From Azolla caroliniana (taxonomy: Eukaryota; Plantae; Polypodiophyta): a DNA stretch of 64,000 nt. Shown piece after piece: positions 11,036 through 26,000 of the stretch (position 1 is the first letter of the stretch; each line of letters begins with the position of its first letter). Location: assembly GCA_043228905.1 (NCBI GenBank), contig JBHGNT010000025.1, positions 468,056 through 532,055 on the forward strand. Direction: 5' to 3'. The notes beneath the pieces were generated by a model, which ran no database searches, had not been told where the DNA came from, and saw only the letters and a program-made list of their open reading frames with translations. Made by a program: the position numbers and the translations under genes.

Positions 11036-14000
11036 CCTTGAGTACATTAAAATGTTCATACCTGGCTCGTGTGATATCGGATTTTTGTGTTCAAACATGC
11101 GAATCGAAGCTAACAACGCTAGCTATTGTATGGAACTAAAAAATCAAGATTTTGAAACTCAGGTCCAGAAATATGAAGAAATTAGCAATCTTGAGGAGGG
11201 AGTTGAGAGGAGCCCTTGAGTACATTAAAATGTTCATACCTGGCTCGTGTGATATCGGATTTTTGTGTTCAAACATGTGAATCGAAGCTAACAACGCTAG
11301 CTATTCTATGGAACTAAAAAATCAAGATTTTGAAACTCAGGTCGAGAGATATGAAGAAATTAGCAATCTTGAGGAGGGAGTTGAGAGGAGCCCTTGAGTA
11401 CATTAAAATGTTCATACCTGGCGCGTGTGATATCGGATTTTTGTGTTCAAACATGCGAATCGAAGCTAACAATGCTAGCTATGACATGGTATTAAAAAAT
11501 CAAGATTTTGAAACTCAGGTCGAGAGATATGAAGAAATTAGCAATCTTGAGGAGGGAGTTGAGAGGAGCCATTGAGTAAATTAAAATGTTCATACATGGC
11601 TCGTGTGATATCGGATTTTTGTGTTCAAACATGTGAATCGAAGTTAACAACGCTAGCTATTCTATGGAACTAAAAAATCAAGATTTTGAAACTCAGGTCG
11701 AGAGATATGAAGAAATTAGCAATCTCGAGGAGGGAGTTGAGAGGAGCCCTTGAGTACATTAAAATGTTCATACCTGGCGCGTGTGATATCGGATTTTTGT
11801 GTTCAAACATGCGAATCGAAGCTAACAATGCTAGCTATGACATGGTATTAAAAAATCAAGATTTTGAAACTCAGGTCGAGAGATATGAAGAAATTAGCAA
11901 TCTTGAGGAGGGAGTTGAGAGGAGCCCTTGAGTAAATTAAAATGTTCATACCTGGCTCGTGTGATATCGGATTTTTGTGTTCAACCATGCGAATCAAAGC
12001 TAACAACGCTACCTATGATATGGAACTAAAAAATCATGATTTTGAAACTCAGGTCAAGAGATATGAAGAAATTAGCAATGTTGAGGAGGGAGTTGAGAGG
12101 AGCCCTTGAGTACATTAAAATGTTCATACCTGGCTCGTGTGATATCGGATTTTTGTGTTCAAACATGCGAATCGAAGCTAACATTGCTAGCTATGACATG
12201 GTATTAAAAAATCAAGATTTTGAAACTCAAGTCGAGAGATATGAAGAAATTAGCAATCTTGAGGAGGGAGTTGAGAGGAGCCCTTGCGTAAATTAAAATG
12301 TTCATACCTGGCTCGTGTGATATCGGATTTTTGTGTTCAAACATGCGAATCGAAGCTAACAATGCTAGCTATGACATGGTATTAAAAAATCAAGATTTTG
12401 AAACTCAGGTCGAGAGATATGAAGAAATTAGCAATCTTGAGGAGGGAGTTGAGAGGAGCCCTTGAGTAAATTAAAATGTTCATACCTGGCTCGTGTGATA
12501 TCGGATTTTTGTGTTCAAACATGCGAATCGAAGCTAACAACGCTAGCTATGATATGGTATTAAAAAATCATGATTTTGAAACTCAGGTCGAGAGACATGA
12601 CGAAATTACCAAATTGGAGGAGGGAGTTGAGAGGAGCCCTTGAGTATATTAAAATGTTCATACCTGGCGCGTGTGATATCGGATTTTTGTGTTCAAACAT
12701 GTGAATCGAAGCTAACAACGCTAGCTATGATATGGTATTAAAAAATCATGATTTTGAAACTCAGGTCGAGAGACATGACGAAATTAGCAATCTTGAGGAG
12801 GGAGTTGAGAGGAGCCCTTGAGTAAATTAAAATGTTCATACCTGGCTCGTGTGATATCGGTTTTTTGTGTTCAAACATGCGAATCGAAGCTAAAAACGCT
12901 AGCTATGATATGGTATTCAAAAATCATGATTTCGAAATTGAGGTCGAGAGACATGAAGAAATTAGCAATCTTGAGGAGGGAGTTGAGAGGAGCCCTTGAG
13001 TACATTAAAATGTTCATACCTGGCTCGTGTGATATCGGATTTTTGTGTTCAAACATGCGAATCGAAGCTAACAACGCTAGCTATTGTATGGAACTAAAAA
13101 ATCAAGATTTTGAAACTCAGGTCCAGAAATATGAAGAAATTAGCAATCTTGAGGAGGGAGTTGAGAGGAGCCCTTGAGTACATTAAAATGTTCATACCTG
13201 GCTCGTGTGATATCGGATTTTTGTGTTCAAACATGTGAATCGAAGCTAACAACGCTAGCCATTCTATGGAACTAAAAAATCAAGATTTTGAAACTCAGGT
13301 CGAGAGATATGAAGAAATTAGCAATCATGAGGAGGGAGTTGAGAGGAGCCCTTGAGTACATTAAAATGTTCATACCTGGCGCGTGTGATATCGGATTTTT
13401 GTGTTCAGACATGCGAATCGAAGCTAACAACGCTAGCTATTCTATGGAACTAAAAAATCAAGATTTTGAAACTCAGGTCGAGAGATATGAAGAAATTAGC
13501 AATCTTGAGGAGGGAGTTGAGAGGAGCCCTTGAGTACATTAAAATGTTCATACCTGGCGCGTGTGATATCGGATTTTTGTGTTCAAACATGCGAATCGAA
13601 GCTAACAACGCTAGCTATTATATGGAACTAAAAAATCAAGATTTTGAAACTCAGGTCCAGAAATATGAAGAAATTAGCAATGTTGAGGAGGGAGTTGAGA
13701 GGAGCCCTTGAGTACATTAAAATGTTCATACCTGGCTCGTGTGATATCGGATTTTTGTGTTCAAACATGCGAATCGAAGCTAACAATGCTAGCTATGACA
13801 TGGTTTTAAAAAATCAAGATTTTGAAACTCAAGTCGAGAGACATGACGAAATTACCTAATTTGAGGAGGGAGTTGAGACGACCTAGTAGGTAAATTAAAA
13901 TGTTCATACCTGGCTCGTGTGATATCGGATTTTTGTGTTCAAACATGCGAATCGAAGCTAACAATGCTAGCTATGACATGGTATTAAAAAATCAAGATTT

Positions 14001-17000
14001 TGAAACTCAAGTCGAGAGATATGAAGAAATTAGCAATCTTGAGGAGGGAGTTGAGAGGAGCCCTTGAGTAAATTAAAATGTTCATACCTGGCTCGTGTGA
14101 TATCGGATTTTTGTGTTCAACCATGCGAATCAAAGCTAACAACGCTACCTATGATATGGAACTAAAAAATCATGATTTTGAAACTCAGGTCAAGAGATAT
14201 GAAGAAATTAGCAATGTTGAGGAGGGAGTTGAGAGGAGCCCTTGAGTACATTAAAATGTTCATACCTGGCGCGTGTGATATCTGATTTTTGTGTTCAAAC
14301 ATGCGAATCGAAGCTAACAACGCTAGCTATTATATGGAACTAAAAAGTCAAGATTTTGAAACTCAGGTCGAGAGATATGAAGAAATTAGCAATCTTGAGG
14401 AGGGAGTTGAGAGGAGCCCTTGAGTACATTAAAATGTTCATACCTGGCGCGTGTGATATCGGATTTTTGTGTTCAAACATGCGAATTGAAGCTAACAACG
14501 CTAGCTATTATATGGAACTAAAAAATCAAGATTTTGAAACTCAGGTCCAGAAATATGAAGAAATTAGCAATCTTGAGGAGGGAGTTGAGAGGAGCCCTTG
14601 AGTACATTAAAATGTTCATACCTGGCTCGTGTGATATCGGATTTTTGTGTTCAAACATGCGAATCGAAGCTAACAATGCTAGCTATGACATGGTATTAAA
14701 AAATCAAGATTTTGAAACTCAAGTCGAGAGACATGACGAAATTACCTAATTTGAGGAGGGAGTTGAGACGACCTAGTAGGTAAATTAAAATGTTCATACC
14801 TGGCTCGTGTGATATCGGATTTTTGTGTTCAAACATGCGAATCAAAGCTAACGACGCTAGCTATGATATGGAACTAAAAAATCAAGATTTTGACACTCAG
14901 GTCGAGAGATATGAAGAAATTAGCAATCTTGAGGAGGGAGTTGAGAGGAGCCCTTGAGTACATTAAAATGTTCATACCTGGCTCGTGTGATATCGGATTT
15001 TTGTGTTCAAACATGTGAATCGAAGCTAACAACGCTAGCTATTCTATGGAACTAAAAAATCAAGATTTTGAAACTCAGGTCGAGAGATATGAAGAAATTA
15101 GCAATCTTGAGGAGGGAGTTGAGAGGAGCCCTTGAGTACATTAAAATGTTCATACCTGGCGCGTGTGATATCTGATTTTTGTGTTCAAACATGCGAATCG
15201 AAGCTAACAACGCTAGCTATTATATGGAACTAAAAAGTCAAGATTTTGAAACTCAGGTCGAGAGATATGAAGAAATTAGCAATCTTGAGGAGGGAGTTGA
15301 GAGGAGCCCTTGAGTACATTAAAATGTTCATACCTGGCGCGTGTGATATCGGATTTTTGTGTTCAGACATGCGAATCGAAGCTAACAACGCTAGCTATTC
15401 TATGGAACTAAAAAATCAAGATTTTGAAATTGAGGTCGAGAGACATGAAGAAATTAGCAATCTTGAGGAGGGAGTTGAGAGGAGCCCTTGAGTAAATTAA
15501 AATGTTCATACCTGGCTCGTGTGATATCGGTTTTTTGTGTTCAAACATGAGAATCGAAGCTAAAAACGCTAGCTATGATATGGTATTCAAAAATCATGAT
15601 TTCGAAATTGAGGTCGAGAGACATGAAGAAATTAGCAATCTTGAGGAGGGAGTTGAGAGGAGCCCTTGAGTACATTAAAATGTTCATACCTGGCTCGTGT
15701 GATATCGGATTTTTGTGTTCAAACATGCGAATCGAAGCTAACAACGCTAGCTATTATATGGAACTAAAAAATCAAGATTTTGAAACTCAGGTCCAGAAAT
15801 ATGAAGAAATTAGCAACCTTGAGGAGGGAGTTGAGAGGAGCCCTTGAGTACATTAAAATGTTCATACCTGGCTCGTGTGATATCGGATTTTTGTGTTCAA
15901 ACATGTGAATCGAAGCTAACAACGCTAGCTATTATATGGAACTAAAAAATCAAGATTTTGAAACTCAGGTCCAGAAATATGAAGAAATTAGCAATCTTGA
16001 GGAGGGAGTTGAGAGGAGCCCTTGAGTACATTAAAATGTTCATACCTGGCTCGTGTGATATCGGATTTTTGTGTTCAAACATGCGAATCGAAGCTAACAA
16101 TGCTAGCTATGACATGGTATTAAAAAATCAAGATTTTGAAACTCAAGTCGAGAGACATGACGAAATTACCTAATTTGAGGAGGGAGTTGAGACGACCTAG
16201 TAGGTAAATTAAAATGTTCATACCTGGCTCGTGTGATATCGGATTTTTGTGTTCAAACATGCGAATCAAAGCTAAAAACGCTAGCTATGATATGGTATTC
16301 AAAAATCATGATTTCGAAATTGAGGTCGAGAGACATGAAGAAATTAGCAATCTTGAGGAGGGAGTTGAGAGGAGCCCTTGAGTACATTAAAATGTTCATA
16401 CCTGGCTCGTGTGATATCGGATTTTTGTGTTCAAACATGCGAATCGAAGCTAACAACGCTAGCTATTATATGGAACTAAAAAATCAAGATTTTGAAACTC
16501 AGGTCCAGAAATATGAAGAAATTAGCAACCTTGAGGAGGGAGTTGAGAGGAGCCCTTGAGTACATTAAAATGTTCATACCTGGCTTGTGTGATATCGGAT
16601 TTTTGTGTTCAAACATGTGAATCGAAGCTAACAACGCTAGCTATTATATGGAACTAAAAAATCAAGATTTTGAAACTCAGGTCGAGAAATATGAAGAAAT
16701 TAGCAATCTTGAGGAGGGAGTTGAGAGGAGCCCTTGAGTACATTAAAATGTTCATACCTGGCGCGTGTGATATCGGTTTTTTGTGTTCAGACATGCGAAT
16801 CGAAGCTAACAACGCTAGCTATTCTATGGAACTAAAAAATCAAGATTTTAAAATTGAGGTCGAGAGACATGAAGAAATTAGCAATCTTGAGGAGGGAGTT
16901 GAGAGGAGCCCTTGAGTAAATTAAAATGTTCATACCTGGCTCGTGTGATATCGGATTTTTGTGTTCAAACATGCGAATCGAAGCTAACAACGCTAGCTAT

Positions 17001-20000
17001 GATATGGTATTAAAAAATCATGATTTTGAAACTCAGGTCGAGAGACATGACGAAATTACCAAATTGGAGGAGGGAGTTGCGAGGAGCCCTTGAGTATATT
17101 AAAATGTTCATACCTGGCGCGTGTGATATCGGATTTTTGTGTTCCAACATGCGAATCGAAGCTAACAACGCTAACTATGATATGGTATTAAAAAATCAAG
17201 ATTTTGAAACTCAGGTCGAGAGACATGAAGAAATTAGCAATTTTGAGGAGGGAGTTGAGAGGAGCCCTTGAGTAAATTAAAATGTTCATACCTGGCTCGT
17301 GTGATATCGGTTTTTTGTGTTCAAACATGCGAATCGAAGCTAAAAACGCTAGCTATGATATGGTATTCAAAAATCATGATTTCGAAATTGAGGTCGAGAG
17401 ACATGAAGAAATTAGCAATCTTGAGGAGGGAGTTGAGAGGAGCCCTTGAGTACATTAAAATGTTCATACCTGGCTCGTGTGATATCGGATTTTTGTGTTC
17501 AAACATGCGAATCGAAGCTCACAACGCTAGCTATTATATGGAACTAAAAAATCAAGATTTTGAAACTCAGGTCGAGAAATATGAAGAAATTAGCAATCTT
17601 GAGGAGGGAGTTGAGAGGAGCCCTTGAGTACATTAAAATGTTCATACCTGGCTCGTGTGATATCGGATTTTTGTGTTCAAACATGTGAATGGAAGCTAAC
17701 AACGCTAGCTATTCTATGGAACTAAAAAATCAAGATTTTGAAACTCAGGTCGAGAGATATGAAGAAATTAGCAATCTTGAGGAGGGAGTTGAGAGGAGCC
17801 CTTGAGTACATTAAAATGTTCATACCTGGCGCGTGTGATATCGGATTTTTGTGTTCAAACATGCGAATCGAAGCTAACAACGCTAGCTATTATATGGAAC
17901 TAAAAAATCAAGATTTTGAAACTCAGGTCCAGAAATATGAAGAAATTAGCAATCTTGAGGAGGGAGTTGAGAGGAGCCCTTGAGTACATTAAAATGTTCA
18001 TACCTGGCTCGTGTGATATCGGATTTTTGTGTTCAAACATGCGAATCGAAGCTAACAATGCTAGCTATGACATGGTTTTAAAAAATCAAGATTTAGAAAC
18101 TCAAGTCGAGAGACATGACGAAATTACCTAATTTGAGGAGGGAGTTGAGACGACCTAGTAGGTAAATTAAAATGTTCATACCTGGCTCGTGTGATATCGG
18201 ATTTTTGTGTTCAAACATGCGAATCGAAGATAACAATGCTAGCTATGACATGGTATTAAAAAATCAAGATTTTGAAACTCAAGTCGAGAGATATGAAGAA
18301 ATTAGCAATCTTGAGGAGGGAGTTGAGAGGAGCCCTTGAGTAAATTAAAATGTTCATACCTGGCTCGTGTGATATCGGATTTTTGTGTTCAACCATGCGA
18401 ATCAAAGCTAACAACGCTACCTATGATATGGAACTAAAAAATCATGATTTTGAAACTCAGGTCAAGAGATATGAAGAAATTAGCAATGTTGAGGAGGGAG
18501 TTGAGAGGAGCCCTTGAGTACATTAAAATGTTCATACCTGGCGCGTGTGATATCTGATTTTTGTGTTCAAACATGCGAATCGAAGCTAACAATGCTAGCT
18601 ATGACATGGTATTAAAAAATCAAGATTTTGAAACTCAAGTCGAGAGATATGACGAAATTACCTAATTTGAGGAGGGAGTTGAGACGACCTAGTAGGTAAA
18701 TTAAAATGTTCATACCTGGCTCGTGTGATATCGGATTTTTGTGTTCAAACATGCGAATCAAAGCTAACAACGCTAGCTATGATATGGAACTAAAAAATCA
18801 AGATTTTGAAACTCAGGTCCAGAAATATGAAGAAATTAGCAATCTTGAGGAGGGAGTTGAGAGGAGCCCTTGAGTACATTAAAATGTTCATACCTGGCTC
18901 GTGTGATATCGGATTTTTGTGTTCAAACATGCGAATCGAAGCTAACAATGCTAGCTATGACATGGTATTAAAAAATCAAGATTTTGAAACTCAAGTCGAG
19001 AGACATGACGAAATTACCTAATTTGAGGAGGGAGTTGAGACGACCTAGTAGGTAAATTAAAATGTTCATACCTGGCTCGTGTGATATCGGATTTTTGTGT
19101 TCAAACATGCGAATCAAAGCTAACAACGCTAGCTATGATATGGAACTAAAAAATCAAGATTTTGAAACTCAGGTCGAGAGATATGAAGAAATTAGCAATC
19201 TTGAGGAGGGAGTTGAGAGGAGCCCTTGAGTACATTAAAATGTTCATACCTGGCTCGTGTGATATCGGATTTTTGTGTTCAAACATGTGAATCGAAGCTA
19301 ACAACGCTAGCTATTCTATGGAACTAAAAAATCAAGATTTTGAAACTCAGGTCGAGAGATATGAAGAAATTAGCAATCTTGAGGAGGGAGTTGAGAGGAG
19401 CCCTTGAGTACATTAAAATGTTCATACCTGGCGCGTGTGATATCTGATTTTTGTGTTCAAACATGCGAATCGAAGCTAACAACGCTAGCTATTATATGGA
19501 ACTAAAAAGTCAAGATTTTGAAACTCAGGTCGAGAGATATGAAGAAATTAGCAATCTTGAGGAGGGAGTTGAGAGGAGCCCTTGAGTACATTAAAATGTT
19601 CATACCTGGCGCGTGTGATATCGGATTTTTGTGTTCAAACATGAGAATCGAAGCTAAAAACGCTAGCTATGATATGGTATTCAAAAATCATGATTTCGAA
19701 ATTGAGGTCGAGAGACATGAAGAAATTAGCAATCTTGAGGAGGGAGTTGAGAGGAGCCCTTGAGTACATTAAAATGTTCATACCTGGCTCGTGTGATATC
19801 GGATTTTTGTGTTCAAACATGCGAATCGAAGCTAACAACGCTAGCTATTATATGGAACTAAAAAATCAAGATTTTGAAACTCAGGTCCAGAAATATGAAG
19901 AAATTAGCAACCTTGAGGAGGGAGTTGAGAGGAGCCCTTGAGTACATTAAAATGTTCATACCTGGCGCGTGTGATATCGGATTTTTGTGTTCAGACATGC

Positions 20001-23000
20001 GAATCGAAGCTAACAACGCTAGCTATTCTATGGAACTAAAAAATCAAGATTTTGAAATTGAGGTCGAGAGACATGAAGAAATTAGCAATCTTGAGGAGGG
20101 AGTTGAGAGGAGCCCTTGAGTACATTAAAATGTTCATACCTGGCTCGTGTGATATCGGATTTTTGTGTTCAAACATGCGAATCGAAGCTAACAACGCTAG
20201 CTATTATATGGAACTAAAAAATCAAGATTTTGAAACTCAGGTCCAGAAATATGAAGAAATTAGCAACCTTGAGGAGGGAGTTGAGAGGAGCCCTTGAGTA
20301 CATTAAAATGTTCATACCTGGCTCGTGTGATATCGGATTTTTGTGTTCAAACATGTGAATCGAAGCTAACAACGCTAGCTATTATATGGAACTAAAAAAT
20401 CAAGATTTTGAAACTCAGGTCCAGAAATATGAAGAAATTAGCAATCTTGAGGAGGGAGTTGAGAGGAGCCCTTGAGTACATTAAAATGTTCATACCTGGC
20501 TCGTGTGATATCGGATTTTTGTGTTCAAACATGCGAATCGAAGCTAACAATGCTAGCTATGACATGGTATTAAAAAATCAAGATTTTGAAACTCAAGTCG
20601 AGAGACATGACGAAATTACCTAATTTGAGGAGGGAGTTGAGACGACCTAGTAGGTAAATTAAAATGTTCATACCTGGCTCGTGTGATATCGGATTTTTGT
20701 GTTCAAACATGCGAATCGAAGCTAACATTGCTAGCTATGACATGGTATTAAAAAATCAAGATTTTGAAACTCAAGTCGAGAGATATGAAGAAATTAGCAA
20801 TCTTGAGGAGGGAGTTGAGAGGAGCCCTTGCGTAAATTAAAATGTTCATACCTGGCTCGTGTGATATCGGATTTTTGTGTTCAAACATGCGAATCGAAGC
20901 TAACAATGCTAGCTATGACATGGTATTAAAAAATCAAGATTTTGAAACTCAGGTCGAGAGATATGAAGAAATTAGCAATCTTGAGGAGGGAGTTGAGAGG
21001 AGCCCTTGAGTAAATTAAAATGTTCATACCTGGCTCGTGTGATATCGGATTTTTGTGTTCAAACATGCGAATCGAAGCTAACAACGCTAGCTATGATATG
21101 GTATTAAAAAATCATGATTTTGAAACTCAGGTCAAGAGACATGACGAAATTACCAAATTGGAGGAGGGAGTTGAGAGGAGCCCTTGAGTATATTAAAATG
21201 TTCATACCTGGCGCGTGTGATATCGGATTTTTGTGTTCCAACATGCGAATCGAAGCTAACAACGCTAGCTATGACATGGTATTAAAAAATCAAGATTTTG
21301 AAACTCAGGTCGAGAGACATGAAGAAATTAGCAATCTTGAGGAGGGAGTTGAGAGGAGCCCTTGAGTAAATTAAAATGTTCATACCTGGCTCGTGTGATA
21401 TCGGTTTTTTGTGTTCAAACATGCGAATCGAAGCTAAAAACGCTAGCTATGATATGGTATTCAAAAATCATGATTTCGAAATTGAGGTCGAGAGACATGA
21501 AGAAATTAGCAATCTTGAGGAGGGAGTTGAGAGGAGCCCTTGAGTACATTAAAATGTTCATACCTGGCTCGTGTGATATCGGATTTTTGTGTTCAAACAT
21601 GCGAATCGAAGCTAACAATGCTAGCTATGACATGGTATTAAAAAATCAAGATTTTGAAACTCAAGTCGAGAGACATGACGAAATTACCTAATTTGAGGAG
21701 GGAGTTGAGACGACCTAGTAGGTAAATTAAAATGTTCATACCTGGCTCGTGTGATATCGGATTTTTGTGTTCAAACATGCGAATCGAAGCTAACAATGCT
21801 AGCTATGACATGGTATTAAAAAATCAAGATTTTGAAACTCAAGTCGAGAGATATGAAGAAATTAGCAATCTTGAGGAGGGAGTTGAGAGGAGCCCTTGAG
21901 TAAATTAAAATGTTCATACCTGGCTCGTGTGATATCGGATTTTTGTGTTCAAACATGCGAATCGAAGCTAACAACGCTAGCTATTATATGGAACTAAAAA
22001 ATCAAGATTTTGAAACTCAGGTCCAGAGACATGACGAAATTAGCAATCTTGAGGAGGGAGTTGAGAGGAGCCCTTGAGTACATTAAAATGTTCATACCTG
22101 GCTCGTGTGATATCGGATTTTTGTGTTCAAACATGTGAATCGAAGCTAACAACGCTAGCTATGATATGGTATTCAAAAATCATGATTTCGAAATTGAGGT
22201 CGAGAGACATGAAGAAATTAGCAATCTTGAGGAGGGAGTTGAGAGGAGCCCTTGAGTAAATTAAAATGTTCATACCTGGCTCGTGTGATATCGGTTTTTT
22301 GTGTTCAAACATGCGAATCGAAGCTAAAAACGCTAGCTATGATATGGTATTCAAAAATCATGATTTCGAAATTGAGGTCGAGAGACATGAAGAAATTAGC
22401 AATCTTGAGGAGGGAGTTGAGAGGAGCCCTTGAGTACATTAAAATGTTCATACCTGGCTCGTGTGATATCGGATTTTTGTGTTCAAACATGCGAATCGAA
22501 GCTAACAATGCTAGCTATGACATGGTATTAAAAAATCAAGATTTTGAAACTCAAGTCGAGAGACATGACGAAATTACCTAATTTGAGGAGGGAGTTGAGA
22601 CGACCTAGTAGGTAAATTAAAATGTTCATACCTGGCTCGTGTGATATCGGATTTTTGTGTTCAAACATGCGAATCGAAGCTAACAATGCTAGCTATGACA
22701 TGGTATTAAAAAATCAAGATTTTGAAACTCAAGTCGAGAGATATGAAGAAATTAGCAATCTTGAGGAGGGAGTTGAGAGGAGCCCTTGAGTAAATTAAAA
22801 TGTTCATACCTGGCTCGTGTGATATCGGATTTTTGTGTTCAAACATGCGAATCGAAGCTAACAACGCTAGCTATTATATGGAACTAAAAAATCAAGATTT
22901 TGAAACTCAGGTCCAGAAATATGAAGAAATTAGCAATCTTGAGGAGGGAGTTGAGAGGAGCCCTTGAGTACATTAAAATGTTCATACCTGGCTCGTGTGA

Positions 23001-26000
23001 TATCGGATTTTTGTGTTCAAACATGTGAATCGAAGCTAACAACGCTAGCTATTCTATGGAACTAAAAAATCAAGATTTTGAAACTCAGGTCGAGAGATAT
23101 GAAGAAATTAGCAATCTTGAGGAGGGAGTTGAGAGGAGCCCTTGAGTACATTAAAATGTTCATACCTGGCGCGTGTGATATCGGATTTTTGTGTTCAAAC
23201 ATGCGAATCGAAGCTAACAACGCTAGCTATTATATGGAACTAAAAAATCAAGATTTTGAAACTCAGGTCCAGAAATATGAAGAAATTAGCAATCTTGAGG
23301 AGGGAGTTGAGAGGAGCCCTTGAGTACATTAAAATGTTCATACCTGGCTCGTGTGATATCGGATTTTTGTGTTCAAACATGCGAATCGAAGCTAACAATG
23401 CTAGCTATGACATGGTATTAAAAAATCAAGATTTTGAAACTCAAGTCGAGAGACATGACGAAATTACCTAATTTGAGGAGGGAGTTGAGACGACCTAGTA
23501 GGTAAATTAAAATGTTCATACCTGGCTCGTGTGATATCGGATTTTTGTGTTCAAACATGCGAATCAAAGCTAACAACGCTAGCTATGATATGGAACTAAA
23601 AAATCAAGATTTTGAAACTCAGGTCGAGAGATATGAAGAAATTAGCAATCTTGAGGAGGGAGTTGAGAGGAGCCCTTGAGTACATTAAAATGTTCATACC
23701 TGGCTCGTGTGATATCGGATTTTTGTGTTCAAACATGCGAATCGAAGCTAACAATGCTAGCTATGACATGGTATTAAAAAATCATGATTTTGAAACTCAG
23801 GTCAAGAGATATGAAGAAATTAGCAATGTTGAGGAGGGAGTTGAGAGGAGCCCTTGAGTACATTAAAATGTTCATACCTGGCGCGTGTGATATCTGATTT
23901 TTGTGTTCAAACATGCGAATCGAAGCTAACAACGCTAGCTATTATATGGAACTAAAAAGTCAAGATTTTGAAACTCAGGTCGAGAGATATGAAGAAATTA
24001 GCAATCTTGAGGAGGGAGTTGAGAGGAGCCCTTGAGTACATTAAAATGTTCATACCTGGCGCGTGTGATATCGGATTTTTGTGTTCAGACATGCGAATCG
24101 AAGCTAACAACGCTAGCTATTCTATGGAACTAAAAAATCAAGATTTTGAAATTGAGGTCGAGAGACATGAAGAAATTAGCAATCTTGAGGAGGGAGTTGA
24201 GAGGAGCCCTTGAGTAAATTAAAATGTTCATACCTGGCTCGTGTGATATCGGTTTTTTGTGTTCAAACATGAGAATCGAAGCTAAAAACGCTAGCTATGA
24301 TATTGTATTCAAAAATCATGATTTCGAAATTGAGGTCGAGAGACATGAAGAAATTAGCAATCTTGAGGAGGGAGTTGAGAGGAGCCCTTGAGTACATTAA
24401 AATGTTCATACCTGGCTCGTGTGATATCGGATTTTTGTGTTCAAACATGCGAATCGAAGCTAACAACGCTAGCTATTATATGGAACTAAAAAATCAAGAT
24501 TTTGAAACTCAGGTCCAGAAATATGAAGAAATTAGCAACCTTGAGGAGGGAGTTGAGAGGAGCCCTTGAGTACATTAAAATGTTCATACCTGGCTCGTGT
24601 GATATCGGATTTTTGTGTTCAAACATGTGAATCGAAGCTAACAACGCTAGCTATTATATGGAACTAAAAAATCAAGATTTTGAAACTCAGGTCCAGAAAT
24701 ATGAAGAAATTAGCAATCTTGAGGAGGGAGTTGAGAGGAGCCCTTGAGTACATTAAAATGTTCATACCTGGCTCGTGTGATATCGGATTTTTGTGTTCAA
24801 ACATGCGAATCGAAGCTAACAATGCTAGCTATGACATGGTATTAAAAAATCAAGATTTTGAAACTCAAGTCGAGAGACATGACGAAATTACCTAATTTGA
24901 GGAGGGAGTTGAGACGACCTAGTAGGTAAATTAAAATGTTCATACCTGGCTCGTGTGATATCGGATTTTTGTGTTCAAACATGCGAATCAAAGCTAACAA
25001 CGCTAGCTATGATATGGAACTAAAAAATCAAGATTTTGAAACTCAGGTCGAGAGATATGAAGAAATTAGCAATCTTGAGGAGGGAGTTGAGAGGAGCCCT
25101 TGAGTACATTAAAATGTTCATACCTGGCTCGTGTGATATCGGATTCTTGTGTTCAAACATGCGAATCGAAGCTAACATTGCTAGCTATGACATGGTATTA
25201 AAAAATCATGATTTTGAAACTCAGGTCCAGAAATATGAAGAAATTAGCAATCTTGAGGAGGGAGTTGAGAGGAGCCCTTGAGTACATTAAAATGTTCATA
25301 CCTGGCTCGTGTGATATCGGATTTTTGTGTTCAAACATGTGAATCGAAGCTAACAACGCTAGCTATTATATGGAACTAAAAAATCAAGATTTTGAAACTC
25401 AGGTCCAGAAATATGAAGAAATTAGCAATCTTGAGGAGGGAGTTGAGAGGAGCCCTTGTGTACATTAAAATGTTCATACCTGGCTCGTGTGATATCGGAT
25501 TTTTGTGTTCAAACATGCGAATCGAAGCTAACAATGCTAGCTATGACATGGTATTAAAAAATCAAGATTTTGAAACTCAAGTCGAGAGACATGACGAAAT
25601 TACCTAATTTGAGGAGGGAGTTGAGACGACCTAGTAGGTAAATTAAAATGTTCATACCTGGCTCGTGTGATATCGGATTTTTGTGTTCAAACATGCGAAT
25701 CAAAGCTAACAACGCTAGCTATGATATGGAACTAAAAAATCAAGATTTTGAAACTCAGGTCGAGAGATATGAAGAAATTAGCAATCTTGAGGAGCGAGTT
25801 GAGAGGAGCCCTTGAGTACATTAAAATGTTCATACCTGGCTCGTGTGATATCGGATTTTTGTGTTCAAACATGCGAATCGAAGCTAACATTGCTAGCTAT
25901 GACATGGTATTAAAAAATCAAGATTTTGAAACTCAAGTCGAGAGATATGAAGAAATTAGCAATCTTGAGGAGGGAGTTGAGAGGAGCCCTTGCTTAAATT

